DNA of 64,000 nucleotides from the NCBI RefSeq assembly GCF_009914755.1, contig NC_060929.1; one strand, 5' to 3'. A program made the translations under genes and the position numbers. Positions 1 to 18,645 of this stretch are shown piece after piece. Under the pieces are notes generated by a model, which made no database searches, was not told where the DNA came from, and was given only the letters and a program-made list of their open reading frames with translations. Positions within the stretch are counted from its first letter, which is position 1, and each line of letters begins with the position of its first letter. Origin of the DNA: the human T2T-CHM13v2.0 reference genome, Homo sapiens.

Positions 1-48
1 TTCACACCAGCAGCTTATAGATGCACAATTCAACTTTCAGAATGCAGA
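1..48 (+). CDS. TENT2: TENT2 coding exon A (5'-truncated by window): SHQQLIDAQFNFQNA(D)
   Basis: Frame starts at 2; donor AGA|GTGAGT; ends phase 2. Confidence 0.93.
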
Positions 49-256
49 GTGAGTATGGTGATATTTTGGCCCATGTTGTTGGTAAATTTCATTTTCTATT
101 TGACATAAACCCTTTTTGTATGAAACTTTTGAACATGGAGAATATGTCGTCACATTTTTTTTTGATACGGATGTATTTAATTTTTTTTCAGAGACTGGTT
201 TTGTTTTTAAAGAAAAAATATGTATAAATTACTGTTCTTTTCTTTGATTTTGTTAG

Positions 257-346
257 CTTGTCTAGAGCTGTGTCATTACAGCAGCTGACATATGGAAATG
301 TCAGTCCAATACAGACCTCAGCTTCCCCATTATTTCGAGGAAGGAA
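257..346 (+). CDS. TENT2: TENT2 exon B (90 nt): (D)LSRAVSLQQLTYGNVSPIQTSASPLFRGR(K)
   Basis: ttttgttag| acceptor, GAA|GTAAGT donor; phase 2-2. Confidence 0.95.
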
Positions 347-678
347 GTAAGTACTTCTTAATTATTTTAAAAGAATATTTTTGCATTTCTGAGAACTCTG
401 TAATGATGTATCTTGAATTAATATTGTATGGACCCTAAGCCCTATGTTTTGTTTTCTGGGACCTGTACGATCAGATGAGTCATGGAATTTTAACATTTTT
501 ATGCGTTTAAAAATTTTAGGTGTTCTTTTGTTGATTTGTTCCTGCTTTATTGTATGTTTGTTTCTGCCCTACATCAGATCTCCCCTTTTCTATATCCCAG
601 GTTTTCTTTTTCTAGAATAAAGCTGTTTCCTCAGAAAACCACTTTTTAATTGAGATTTTTTAACTAAATGAGATGGCC

Positions 679-1050
679 TGTATTCATTTGCTAGGGTAGG
701 GTTGCCATAACAACGTACCACACATTGGGTGGCTTACACAACAGAAATTTATTTTCTTACAATTCTGGAGGCTAGATCAAGGTGTTGGCAGGGTTGGTTT
801 CTTCTGAGGCTTCTTTTCTTGCCTTGTAGATGGCTGCTTTGTCACTGTGTCTTAATATGGCCGTTGCCCTGTGTTTTCTGTGTCCTCATCTCTTCTTCTA
901 AGGACACCAGTCATATTGGATTAACGTTCATCTTAAAGACCCCACTTTAACTTAGGTAACTTTTCAGAGGTCCTATCTCCAAATACAGTCACATTCTGAG
1001 CTACTGGGGCTTAGGACTTCAACATCTGAATTTCTAGGGGGACACAATTA
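679..1050 (-). mobile_element. MLT1-family (ERVL-MaLR) solo LTR
   Basis: gctgccataacaa..taccac..tgggtggctta..caacagaaatttatt..cacagttctggaggct-like start; ends gggggacacaatt. Confidence 0.85.
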
Positions 1051-1439
1051 TAGCATTTTCTTTCTAGTAAACTTTATGTTTTTCTTTTGATTTATCTACA
1101 TCTCACACAGGTAAGGTTCCATGATAACAAATATTGTAGTGAAAATTTCTGTGTGACATAAAACTTCCTATAGTCAAGTCAGGAGTCAATTAATTTTAAT
1201 CTTTGATTAAAAGAAATTCATTTATTTAAAAACAGAACTTGAGAGGTAGTTATTGAAATAACATTCGGCAATATTTGAAAGATACCACTATTACTTAAAA
1301 ACCTATATAAACATTCTATAACCTTTATGTCCTATTAAAAAAAACACTATCAGTGAACAAGGTGCTGTAAAAAAAAAAAATAACACTAGCTAGGAGTTAT
1401 TGCTTATTATGTAGTAATCATTATTTTAAGCCTTTACAA

Positions 1440-1605
1440 CTAACGGTTTGATTAAATCACGTAACACTGAGGTAGATACTATTATCCCTTGCCTGTTGAG
1501 GAGAAAGCTGACTCACACAAAGGTTAAGTAACTACTTACTCAGAAGTGACATAGCTAGGATTTGAAATGTTGTATGTCTCTGAGTCATATGCTTAAAAGC
1601 ACTAC
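1440..1605 (-). mobile_element. MIR fragment
   Basis: aggtagatactattatccc...aaggttaagtaact core. Confidence 0.6.
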
Positions 1606-1739
1606 AGGTTGTTCTTCAAAATTGTCATTGAGAAAAGTTTTATAATAATTCTAATAGTATTGACTTTATTCAGATTTTATTTTTTAGAAATTGCCTTTAT
1701 AGCCAATTTGTGAATTAAGAATGAAAATAAGCTCCCTTA

Positions 1740-2049
1740 GGCCGGGCGCAGTGGCTCACACCTGTAATCCCAGCACTTTGGGAGGCCGAGGCAGGCAGAT
1801 CACGAGGTCAGGAGATCGAGACCATCCTGGCTAACACAGTGAAACCCCATCTCTACTAAAAATACAAAAAATTAGCCGAGTGTGGTGGCACATACCTGTA
1901 ATCCCAGCTACTCAGGAGGCTGAGGCAGGAGAATGGCATGAACCCAGGAGGTGGAGCTTACAGTAAGCCAAGATCCCCCCACTGCACTCCAGCCTGGGCA
2001 ACAGAGCGAGACTCTATCTCAAAAAAAAAAAAAAACAAAAAAAACAAAA
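1740..2049 (+). mobile_element. Alu (AluY-like)
   Basis: ggccgggcgcagtggctcac...gagatcgagaccatcctggctaac...A tail. Confidence 0.95.
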
Positions 2050-2281
2050 CTCCATTAATTTGTAGTTAAACATATTTTTAAAATTAAAATTGGCATTCTC
2101 ATTAGAAGATATTCAGCATATATAGCTCTAAAATACTTTTATGTTTAAAAATATTAAATATACTTTTATGCATTTAGCACTGTATATTTTACCTGTGAGT
2201 AGGGGTTCCACTTATTTTGCAGATCTATCAAGGAGAGAGAAATTGACATAATCCCAAAGGAGTGTTAAAAAACCTTCTATG

Positions 2282-2573
2282 GGCCGGGTGCAGTGTCTCA
2301 TGCCTGTAATCCCAGCACTTTGGGAGGCTGAGGTGGGCAGGTCATTTGAGGTCAGGAGTTCGAGACCAGCCTGGCCAACATGGTGAAACCCCATCTCGAC
2401 TAAAAACACAAAAATTAGCTGAGCATCGTGGCGGGCGCCTGTAGTCCCAGCTACTCAGGCGGCTGAGGCAGGAGAATACCTGGAAATCCCGGAGGCAGAG
2501 GTTGCGGTGAGCTGAGACTGTGCCACTGCACTCTAGCCCGGCAACAGAGGAAGACTCTGTCTCAAAAAAAAAA
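2282..2573 (+). mobile_element. Alu (AluS-like) with TSD aaaaaaccttctatg
   Basis: Full dimer; target-site duplication on both sides. Confidence 0.95.
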
Positions 2574-3514
2574 CCTTCTATGACCCATAGAATTTTCAGG
2601 CTTAAAAGGAATCGGGCCATTTTCTGTGGCATAAAGTATTACCTACATGAACAACTTAATATATCAATGAAGTAAATGTCTTTTTTCCCAACAAATACTT
2701 ACTCTTTAATGATTTTTCCCTTTTTATTTTGCAAATACTAAAACCTCCAGAAAAAGAATAATATGGTGAATATCTGTATGCCTTTTGCCTAGATTCATGA
2801 GTTAAAAGTTTTACATTTGATTTCTTTCTCTTTTTCTTTCTGCCCACCTGCTTTTTTTCCTGAACCATATGAAAGAAAGTTGTTGACACCATTTTACCTT
2901 AAAACATGTCAGCTTATTCCTCCTACAAAACAAGGCTTTTCTTCTATATAACCAAAATACATTGATTATTCCTGAGAAATTTAATATTAATAAAATACTA
3001 TTATCTGAGTTGCAGCTCATTTTTGAATTTCTTCGTTGTCCAATGTCTTTATAGCTTTATTGAAAAGTGTTTCTTAATTGGTCTTTCCTGCTGATGAGTC
3101 AGAACATAGGTGTATTCAAAGAGCCCTTTTTTATAACTAGCACTCAGCTCACTTAATCGTATCTTCCTTATGTTATAGTTTGGATCTTCTTAGTAATTCT
3201 ATAAATAGAACTTTTCCTACAAAGTTTTCACTACTGAGATGAAACATTGGGGTAGTTCAAATACAGGAGACTAACCTCAATATATACATGTAGTTTTTTC
3301 TGTCTCCATTATTACTATTTTTTTTAAGGTGTTGAGAGGCATTTCTTGTGCTGAACATGAATATTTTTAAGATCCATATAAAGCTAATAAAGTGACCTTA
3401 TTGAAAGAATCATATTGTCATTATCTCTTATGATATTTATATATATTTAATTGCTTTTTATTTGTTATCAGAAAGTTGTATCTTTAATTACTAAGGTATA
3501 TTGCTTGTTTTCAG

Positions 3515-3752
3515 GAGATTAAGCGATGAAAAAAACCTTCCTCTTGACGGTAAACGGCAACGTTTCCATTCACCCCACCAAGAGCCAACTGTAGTTAACC
3601 AGATAGTGCCTTTATCAGGTGAACGAAGATACTCAATGCCACCATTGTTTCATACACATTATGTACCAGATATAGTCAGATGTGTTCCACCTTTTCGAGA
3701 AATTGCATTTTTAGAACCTAGAGAAATCACACTGCCTGAGGCCAAAGATAAG
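3515..3752 (+). CDS. TENT2: TENT2 exon C (238 nt): RLSDEKNLPLDGKRQR...RRYS...PEAKDK; basic NLS-like stretch
   Basis: gttttcag| acceptor, AAG|GTAATA donor; lies within ORF 3501..3767. Confidence 0.96.
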
Positions 3753-4679
3753 GTAATAATAATGTAGATTTTAGTTTTGCCTTTTGGGAATTTAGTATAA
3801 ATAATGTATTAATCAAAAATATTTAATATCCTGGATTAAGTAGAACGTGCCTTTTTTTGTTGCAATGTTTAAAGTACTATTCAGCCTAATTTTCTGTCCA
3901 AACATTACTTTGATTTTTGTTAGCTATTCTTTTATAGAAATGCAGCCATCAGGAAATCAGATTTTCCCTGATATATGAAAATTTTATTAGAACCCAGACA
4001 CTTTCTGAGTTTAGAGAACTGTCTTGTTACTTGTTTTTACTGAAAAAAAAAAAAGTTGTCATATAGCTATTGTAATACAGTGTTAGAACACATTTTATTA
4101 TGGGATATTTGTGTTATAACATGAGGTTTTTTGAATGTCAAAAATAGAGAATCCAGGAGTCACTGAGAAAAACAATACATTCAAAGTGATATAATCAAGA
4201 AAGATTTATCAAAAACATTTATAAAAATTTTCAAATAAGTGAAATGAAGCTATTTAAATAATAATTCTTGGAAAATGACATTGTCAGCATTGGGGAACAA
4301 TGAGTTATTTAATATCTAATAATAGAAACATATCTCTCCTCTCCCCCATATTTAGTGAAACCTAAAAAATCACCTTCTAGGTAATTGAGAGGGGTTTATA
4401 ATGTAAATATCTGTATTCTCTTGGGTTGTCTGTGGTTTATACTTGCTGTTTTTGCATTTTCAAAGCTGCCACACTCTTGAGAAATAAGACATTTGTAGGC
4501 TAAGGAGAAGGACCTTGAAGAAAATATAGCAACTTTGTTTTACTCATCTTTGGGTTCCTATCAACCAGCATGGGTCTGAAACATAGTAAGTGTACAGAAA
4601 TGTTGGGTCAGAAAAGCAACATCTGCTTCATTCCTTAGTTGTGCTGCTTTTTTATTCCTCTATTATTCTTTTGTTCTTT

Positions 4680-5985
4680 AATTTTTTAATTTAGTTATAA
4701 TTGTACCATAAAATTCACCCTTTTAAAGTGTAGAGTTCAGTGGTTTTTAAATATATTCCCAAAGTTGTGCAACTGTACTATCTGATTCCCAAACATTTTC
4801 ATCACCCCCAAAAGAAACCTTGTACCCAATAACAGTCACTTCTCCTGCTCCCTGGCAACAACTAATCTATTTTCTGTCTTTATCCCATCCTGGACATTTT
4901 ATATAAATGAAATCATTCAATATGTGGCCTTCTGTGTCTTGCTTTTTTCATTTAGCATGTTTTCAAGGTTCATCCACGTTGTAGCATACACATCAGTACT
5001 TCATTCCTTTTTATAGCTGAATAATACTCTATTGTATGAATATACATCACTTTGTTAATGCAGTCCTCAGCTGATGAATTTCTGGGTTGTTTCCACTTTT
5101 TGTCTGTTATGAATAGTGCAGCTATAAATATCTGTGTACAGATTTTTGCATGGACATATGTTTTCACCTCTCTTGGAGTGAAATTGCTTGGTCATATGGT
5201 AGCTCTGTGTTTAACTTTGTGAGGAACTGCTGAAGTGTTTTCTAAAGTGGTTGCACCATTTTGCATCCTATCAACAGCGTATAGGTTGCACTTTCTTTAC
5301 ATGCTTTTGAACTTGCAAAACTTGTTATTGTCTGCCTTTTTGATTATAGCCATTCTAGTGGGTATGAAATGGTATCTCATCATGTTTTGGATTTGCATTT
5401 CCCTAATGCCTAATGATATTGAGCATCTTTTCATTTGCTTATTGGACATTTGTATATCTTCTTGGGGAAATGTCTATTCATCTAGATCTCTTGCCCATTT
5501 TTAAATTGGACTGTTTGTCTTTTTACTGTTGGTTGGTAAGAGTTCTTTATGCATTCTACATATTAGACCCTTATCAGATAATGACTTGTGAATTTATGCT
5601 CCCATTATGTGGCTTGTCTTTTTACTTTCTTTTTGGTATCCTTTGAAGCACAAAAACCTTTCATTTTGATGCAGTCCAGTTTATCTATTTTCCTTTGGTT
5701 GGTTGTGCTTTTGGTGTCATATCTAAGAAACCATTGTTAAAGGTCACAGAGATTAATGCCTATGTGCTAATTTTTAAAATTTATTTATTTTATTATTATT
5801 TTTTCCCTGCCCCGCCTATGTGTTATTCTGAGTTTTATAGTTTTAATTCTTATATTTAGGACTTTGATCCATTTTGAGTCAATTTTTGTATATGATGTAA
5901 AGTAGGGGGTCCAGCTTTATTCTTTTGCTGTTGGTCCAGTTGTCCTAGCAGCTTATTGAAAAAACTGTTCTTTTCTCCTCTGTAA
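4680..5985 (-). mobile_element. L1M (L1MB-like) 3' fragment including degenerate ORF2 C-terminus
   Basis: ORF 4970..5167 MKTYVHAKICTQIFIAALFIT..KWKQP resembles the L1 ORF2 end; typical antisense L1 3' UTR. Confidence 0.9.
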
Positions 5986-6099
5986 TTTTTTTTTAACCAT
6001 ATTGAAATAGGAAAAACAATCAGGCAAAATCAGTGGGAGAAAGGAAAAAGGCAAAGGAAACTGAGAAAAGATTAACTTGGGTTTTTTTAGTTAGCTGTT

Positions 6100-6390
6100 T
6101 TTTTTTTTTTGATATAGAGTCTAGCTCTGCCGCCCAGGCTGGAGTGCAGTGGTGCGATCTCGGCTCACTGAACCTCCACCTCCCGGGTTCAAGCGATTCT
6201 CCTGCTTCCGCCTCCTGAGTAGCTGGGATTACAGGTGTGTGCCACCACGTCTGGCTAATTTTTGTATTTTTAATAGAGACGGGGTTTCACCATGTTGGTC
6301 AGGCTGGTCTTGAACTCCTGACCTCGTGATCTACCCACTTTGGCTTTTCAAAGTGCTGGGATTACAGGTGTGAGCCACTGCACCTGGCCT
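6100..6390 (-). mobile_element. Alu (AluS-like)
   Basis: polyT then cccaggctggagtgcagtgg...gagccactgcacctggcc. Confidence 0.93.
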
Positions 6391-6399
6391 AGTTTTTGT

Positions 6400-7025
<626 letters not shown>

Positions 7026-7113
7026 TTTTTACTCATTTTAAAGACTATCGTGGATATGAAAGCCTATGTATAAATTAAATCAGACCTTTGAATGAACGTA
7101 TAAGAACCTTTTT

Positions 7114-7520
<407 letters not shown>

Positions 7521-7750
7521 TTAACTGTTAGAACTAACTAACTGCTAGTTCTGCATATGGAGTAGGCAAATTTTCAATTTCAGTAAATTTAATAACAATT
7601 CATATTAGTGTCAGCATAAACCATCTGGTAAAGTACAGTTCTGTATCGATAACATTTTAAAATTAGTTATGTAGAAAGAGATACTCCTAAATATTTAGAA
7701 TTAGGGATTTATCTCAGAAGGCTAAAGATTGTGTAATTGAACCAATTTCT

Positions 7751-8325
<575 letters not shown>

Positions 8326-9808
8326 TAAAAATATGAAGAGAAGGAGGTTAAGATACTTAAAATCAAGGGTAGGCAGATGACATTGTAACTCTAATACAAG
8401 GTAATCTGTGACAGTGGTAGCTAATGTTTATTGAGTATCTGTCATTACTGGCATTGTGCTCGACAGTTTGTTTGGTTTACCTCTGTTTACTTCTGTAGAG
8501 TATAAAGTGAGTGAAGGGTTCAGTGTGAGATAAAGTGGGGCAGTGGTTTGAAGCCTTGAATGCACAGTAGAATGCTGTTGAAGGTTTTAAAGTAGAGAAA
8601 TAGCACAGTCAGATTTGTATTTTTAGAAAGTCCTTGCTGTTTAGTGAGTTTGGTTTAGAATGAAGTGGGCTTGGAAGGTGGTGATCATCTTGAAGGCTGT
8701 TAAATTCACCCTGAAGATGGTTGATCCCCTTGAAGGCTATCCTAATGAGAGGTGCTGAAGCTTTCAGTTACAGTAGATGGTAGTGAAAAAGATGTGGGAG
8801 ATAATGTATAAGGAAAATTTAGAGAATGTGTGGAATAACTGAGTGTAGAAGAGAGAGGGTGAAAGAGACATGAATGACTTCAGTGATTTGATACTGGGTT
8901 ACCAGTAGAGATAAAGAACCTAGATTTGGGGTGTATAGGCTGATTGAGGAAGTACTCGAGTTTTTTGAACTATGAGAGAATCTACTATAAAACATTTGTG
9001 CTCCTCAGAAACTTCATGTTCTGCAAATTGCACACTAATCATATAGGGCTTATGAGAAATAGGGTTGGAACAGACTACTCAAAACCTAAACAATTTTGTA
9101 ACGAGAACACTATCAAAAATAATAATTGATATCTTGGGAAATAACTTGGATAGGCAGGCAGTTTGGCACGGCTAGATGCTGCTGCAGGGGATATTAGAAA
9201 TACACAAAATAGAGTTGAGATGCTGGCTTGTGTTGGACATTGACACAGGCAGTTAAAAATGGAGCTCTGAGTCAGTGAGGCTGCTGTTAAGGTAGAGACA
9301 AAAGGAAATACACCAGCACAGGGCTATCTGAGGCTAGGAGTATGCTTTCTTGAGCAGAAATCTTGGATGCAAATGCTTTTAGTTCCTTTAGATCTGAAAG
9401 GACTCCATACTGAGGGGTTTTTTCTTTGTTGTGACAGTTATAATTCTACAGTTATAGCTCCATGTACAAATCACGTACAAACCCAACTTCTATGTTATAT
9501 TGATACCATTCCTCTGTTTACCAATCACATATAAGTTAATTGGTATTGTAGAAAAATGTAACTGTATTGACAGTATATGTTTGGAGTTCAGAAGTGAGGT
9601 CAGGCTAGAGATACGGATTCTTAAGAGATCTGAAACAAAAGTGACAGTTGAAACACCCTAGAGTAGATAAGATTTTTAATTTATTTAGCATTCAAATATT
9701 TGTGAGCTCTAGGCGTGGGAGATACACTGTTTTGCTAAACATACATGGTCTCTACCATTTAGGTACAGCATGGTGAGAGGGGGAGCCATTAAAAAATAAC
9801 CATACATA

Positions 9809-12480
<2,672 letters not shown>

Positions 12481-13691
12481 GCCAGCTCCAGGGAAAGATT
12501 TTGTTAGAAGTTTTTTTAACTACTTTGAGGATAAACATAAAGAATTGAATTTTGAAAATGAATACCCTCTGAGTTTAAATTTTTTCATGAGTTTTTTTTG
12601 TCTTTTTTAAGTTACTGTGTTAACAACTCTTTAAAGTAGAAATCTGAGTTATTCCTGAATTTTAACTTTTGTTTTTACTCTAGGTTTTAGAAGAATATAT
12701 GGTTTTCTGCACAAAAATGAGAATGTAATCAGTTATCTAAGCCCCTGAATTCCATCTACAGTATTAAATTGTTCTTTGAAATTTCTGGTTAGTAGAAGGT
12801 ATTATGTGAATTGACTTATTTGATTTTGAATTTTGAGTTGAAATGAGGTTAGGCTGAGGTTTTTCTTGGTATTGATTGTAAAATAAAAAGACAATTATTA
12901 AAGAATTGTTAAATTCCCTGTGTAATGTTAAATTTGAGAAGGGGCAAATTTTATGGAGCTTCTTGGCATCCTTGGAAGAACAGTTTGGGGATAGTTATCT
13001 TACAGATCTCTAAAGGACTCTGTCTTTTTAATTTATGTGTTTGTCAGAAAAATTCAAAAACCACTGAGATATAAATTTACATAGAACACCTAAGAGAGAA
13101 CTCAGACAAAAGAGATCAAATAAAAACTTGTTTTTTTCCTATCTTTCTTTTTTGGGCAATTCTTTGGCCAAGTTCAGGTAATAGTAGGCGCCTAAAGTAA
13201 TCAGACTTCAGGGGGAAAACAATCAGTAATCCAAACTGCCTTCTCAACCCACCAGTTTATAAATTAAGAATACTCCAACTTTGTCCTTACACAAAAACAT
13301 AGTAATTTAACACACAAGAAGTGGGTTGTTTTAGGCATGACATTTTTCTAGTTCTATTTTGTTTCAGAATTGTTTAATTTGATGGGAAAGGGAATTGACT
13401 GTGAAGAATGAATTTAAACTTTTATTACACATCTGGCTTTATTTTCCTCAGAAAATTAATACCAGCTCTTTCTATAGCTACACGTAACAAAGATTAAGGC
13501 AATGAGAGAGCCTGAGAAATTGCCAGTTTTTATTGCAATGTTTATATGCTATAATGACCTGTTTTCTGGACCATAGTTTAATTTTATTTCTCCCATTTTG
13601 AAAGCTCATTGCTGATTGTGTTTGTAGATAGCACTTAGGCAAAAAAAATTTACATTGTAGTATATGATTAGGTCTCGGTATTTCCAGCTAA

Positions 13692-14045
<354 letters not shown>

Positions 14046-14134
14046 TGAACTGCTGAGTATACCATGTGAAGGTTATACAGTGTTAAATACCATGTGAGAG
14101 CTTTATATATTGGTACATATAAAAACTTTTCTGG

Positions 14135-14436
14135 GGCTGGGTGCAGTGGCTCACGCCTGTAATCCCAGCACTTTGGGAGGCCGAGGCGGGCAGATCACGA
14201 GGTCAGGAGATCGAGACCATCCTGGCTAACATGGTGAAACCCCGTCTCTACTAAAAATACAAAAAAAAAAAAAAAAAAAAAATTAGCTGGACCTGGTGGC
14301 GGACGCCTATAGTCCCAGCTACTCGGGAGAATGGCATGAACCTGGAAGGCGGAGCTTGCAGTGAGCCGAATCGTGCCACTGCACTCCAGCCTGGGCAACA
14401 GAGTGAGACTCCGTCTCAAAAAAAAAAAAAAAAAAA
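14135..14436 (+). mobile_element. Alu (AluY-like) with expanded central A linker
   Basis: gagatcgagaccatcctggctaac; gaatggcatgaac. Confidence 0.93.
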
Positions 14437-14534
14437 CTTTCTGAATCCCAGCCAGCACTTCACGTGTCCTTATGGCTTGTGTTGACTTCAGACAATGGCA
14501 ATTTTATTGGTATTTAATTTGACCTTGACTTTGA

Positions 14535-14923
<389 letters not shown>

Positions 14924-14969
14924 TAGGCTACGTATAAGTAAATTTTTTGTGTAGTGAGAAATAGACTAA

Positions 14970-15051
14970 TTAATTTTATAGTGATAGATCTTGGTAGATA
15001 GCCTAAGCAGTTAATTTTATAATGATAGATCTTGGTAGGTAGCCTAAGCAG
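14970..15051. repeat. 41-bp tandem duplication (2 copies, 2 mismatches)
   Basis: ttaattttatagtgatagatcttggtagatagcctaagcag x2. Confidence 0.9.
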
Positions 15052-15117
15052 ATAATATTGTAGTGATTTAGACAAGTTTAAGAATAATCCACTTTATATA
15101 TATGTTGTTGGAGGGAT

Positions 15118-15245
15118 TTTTTTTTTTTTGAGATGGGGTCTTACTAAGTTACCCAGGCTATTCTTGAACTCCTGGGCTCAAGCTATGTTGCTGCCTCAGC
15201 CTCCTCAGTAGCTGATACTACCGGCATTTGCCACTGTACCTGGCT
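15118..15245 (-). mobile_element. FLAM-like Alu monomer
   Basis: gagatggggtcttact...gaactcctgggctcaag...cctcagcctcc. Confidence 0.8.
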
Positions 15246-15777
15246 TGGAATAGTTTTTTTAAACTAAAAATTAGGAAAAATTTACCCCAGAATTAAAGAA
15301 TATTTTTGGAGTGCCATTATGCATGGTCAGCTTGTTATTACATATATGATCTAAATCGTATATGATTTTTAGCCAAGGATATTTCATATTATACATTCCT
15401 CCTCTCTATTTTTTTAAGAACTATAACAACAGTGAGCCATCTCCTGGAATATTTCTCTAAATTAAAGCACCAGAAATGTTGTTTCAACATATATGTGCAT
15501 TTCTCTTTTTGTCTCATCTGAACTCTCAATGTTTGTTCTAGGGTAAAGTAATATGATTTGATAATGTGAATCCCCAAGTTAATGGGTAGATAATGACGAA
15601 AATTCTTTCACATAAAAACTCATTAAATCTCCATTATAGTAGTCCTTGGGAAAGAAAAAGTGTTTCCATGCATGTAAAAAATGGAGAGGAACAAGAATAT
15701 GGAATTTCATATTTTCCAAGTCATTGTAAATTTTTTAACATGTGACTGTTTCTACATTAACAAGGTCATTCAGATGA

Positions 15778-16118
<341 letters not shown>

Positions 16119-16207
16119 CAAGAAATTTATTTTGCTATTCAACAAATACTGAGTACCTACGGTGAATTCTAGGATTATGTTGATCTGATCTGCCTGATTC
16201 TCTACAT

Positions 16208-16367
16208 CAGGGGTTGGCAGAAGGGCCAGATAGTAAATATTTAGGCACGTGGGCTATGTAGGTCCTCTGTTGCATATTCTTTTTTCTTTTCTTTTTAACA
16301 ATGACTAAAAGTAGAAATTATTTAGCTTGCTGCCTATACTTGGCCTAAATAGTTCGCCAACCCTTGC
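16208..16367 (+). mobile_element. MER58-like (hAT-Charlie) MITE
   Basis: caggggttggca...gggccagatagtaaatattt...gttcgccaacccttg terminal inverted repeats. Confidence 0.75.
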
Positions 16368-16689
16368 TCTAGGTCAGTAAAACTTAATCCTTCAAGTATC
16401 ATGTAAAATTTTATGTTAGCCACTTTTACTGGAGATCTTTTTCACATTTGTTACAAACTTGGACACTTTTCTTTTTAGCTTTTTATTATGGAAAATATCA
16501 AACCATATACTAGAGAGAAAAACGTATCATAAATCCTTATGTTGCCCACTTTAACAATTGCCAACATATGACCATAACAATTAACAACATATGACTAATC
16601 TTATTTCACCTTTACCTCCCTCCCTCATTAGTTTGAATCAGATTGCAGTTATTTTATTTGTAAATATTTCAGTATTCTGATATTCAGTT

Positions 16690-17165
16690 GATCTTTTTTG
16701 TTTATCCTTCTGCCAGGGCCATACTATCTTGATTACTGTAGTGTTATATTAAGTATAGAAGTCAGGTAGGTTAAATTCCCCAATTTTTTTCTCAGCTATT
16801 CTTGGACTTTTGCCTAAGTCAAATTTAAAATTCTTCTGTCAGTTTCTAGAAAGAAGCCTTCTGGGCTTTTGATTTCTTTTTCATTTCTTGTGAAACAAAT
16901 ATCAGATGGGCTTTTGATTTTGATTGCATTGAATCTAAAGGTCAATTCTGGGAGAATTGACATCCTTGACAATAGTCTTTTGATCCATGAATGTGGTGTA
17001 TCTCTCCCTTTATTTAGGTCTTTAGGTTCTCTCAATATTTTCTAGTTTTCAGTATACAAATCCTGCACATCTCTTGGTACATAGATTTCTAAATATTTCA
17101 TGCTTTTTGCTGCTATTGTGAAGTTCTTAAAAAGTAAATTTTTAATTGTTTGTTGATAGTATGTA
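16690..17165 (-). mobile_element. Old L1M ORF2 fragment
   Basis: ORF 16814..17035 (DLNKGRDTPHSWI...MSILPELTFRFNAI) resembles L1 ORF2. Confidence 0.8.
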
Positions 17166-17304
17166 TGCTTTAAGTAGTGAATTATCTTTTTAGAAAATTA
17201 AAACATGAGAGAAAAGGCCTTGGTTTTTTATATTATGTTAAAAATATTAGTTTTGTTTACACATTCTTCTGGTGTGCTTTATTGTCTGTAGAAATGTTAC
17301 CCTG

Positions 17305-17505
17305 CAGCCTGGGCAAAATAGTGAGAAACTATCTCTCAAGAAAAAAAAATTAACCAGATGTGGTGCTGCACACCTTTAGTCCCAGCTACTTGCAGGGCTG
17401 AGATGGGAGGATTGCTTGACAGGAGGTCAAGACAGCAGTGAGCTGTGATTGCGACATTGCACTCTAGTCTGGGAACACAGTGAGACCATGTATCAAAAAA
17501 AAAAA
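17305..17505 (+). mobile_element. 5'-truncated AluJ-like element
   Basis: cagcctgggcaaaatagtgaga...gaggattgcttga...A tail. Confidence 0.85.
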
Positions 17506-17694
17506 ATTGTTGCTCAGTTTATTCTCATTTTTCTTACAAATACTTTGTATGGGAATTGATTAGAATACTTTCAGGCGTTATTTCTTCAATTTTTTTTCTG
17601 TCCTTTCCCATGCTTACCTCTTTCGAGATTCCATTTCTTTCCTCCTGTTATTTGTCTTTGAGATGGCTTTTTCTGTACTACTTTCATTTTATTT

Positions 17695-18362
<668 letters not shown>

Positions 18363-18439
18363 TTCTTCTGTTCTTACATAGTATTCAGAAATATACTTCC
18401 TTAGTGCCTTTGCTTTTTTCCTTTCCCACTTTTATCTAG

Positions 18440-18645
18440 AGTAGAATTTTTTACCCTCTGTACTATTGGCATTTTGGGCCAGATAATCTTTGCTGTGGTA
18501 GAGTTGTCCTCTGCATTGTAGGATGTTCGGTGACATCCTGGCGTCTACCTACTAGATGCCAGGGACCTTTCACCTGCCCTGCCTGGTCCTGTTATAATAA
18601 AAAATGTTTTCATATTCATATGTCCACTGAGAGTCAGAATCATTT
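18440..18645 (-). mobile_element. MER20 (hAT-Charlie)
   Basis: actattggcattttgggccagataatctttg...gcattgtaggatgtt...ctactagatgccag. Confidence 0.8.

Noticed and set aside
14970-15051. Short direct repeats (also about 16551-16595, 36339-36371, 54198-54234) as a CRISPR-like or functional array
   Set aside because: Two-copy slippage duplications without spacers in a mammalian intron
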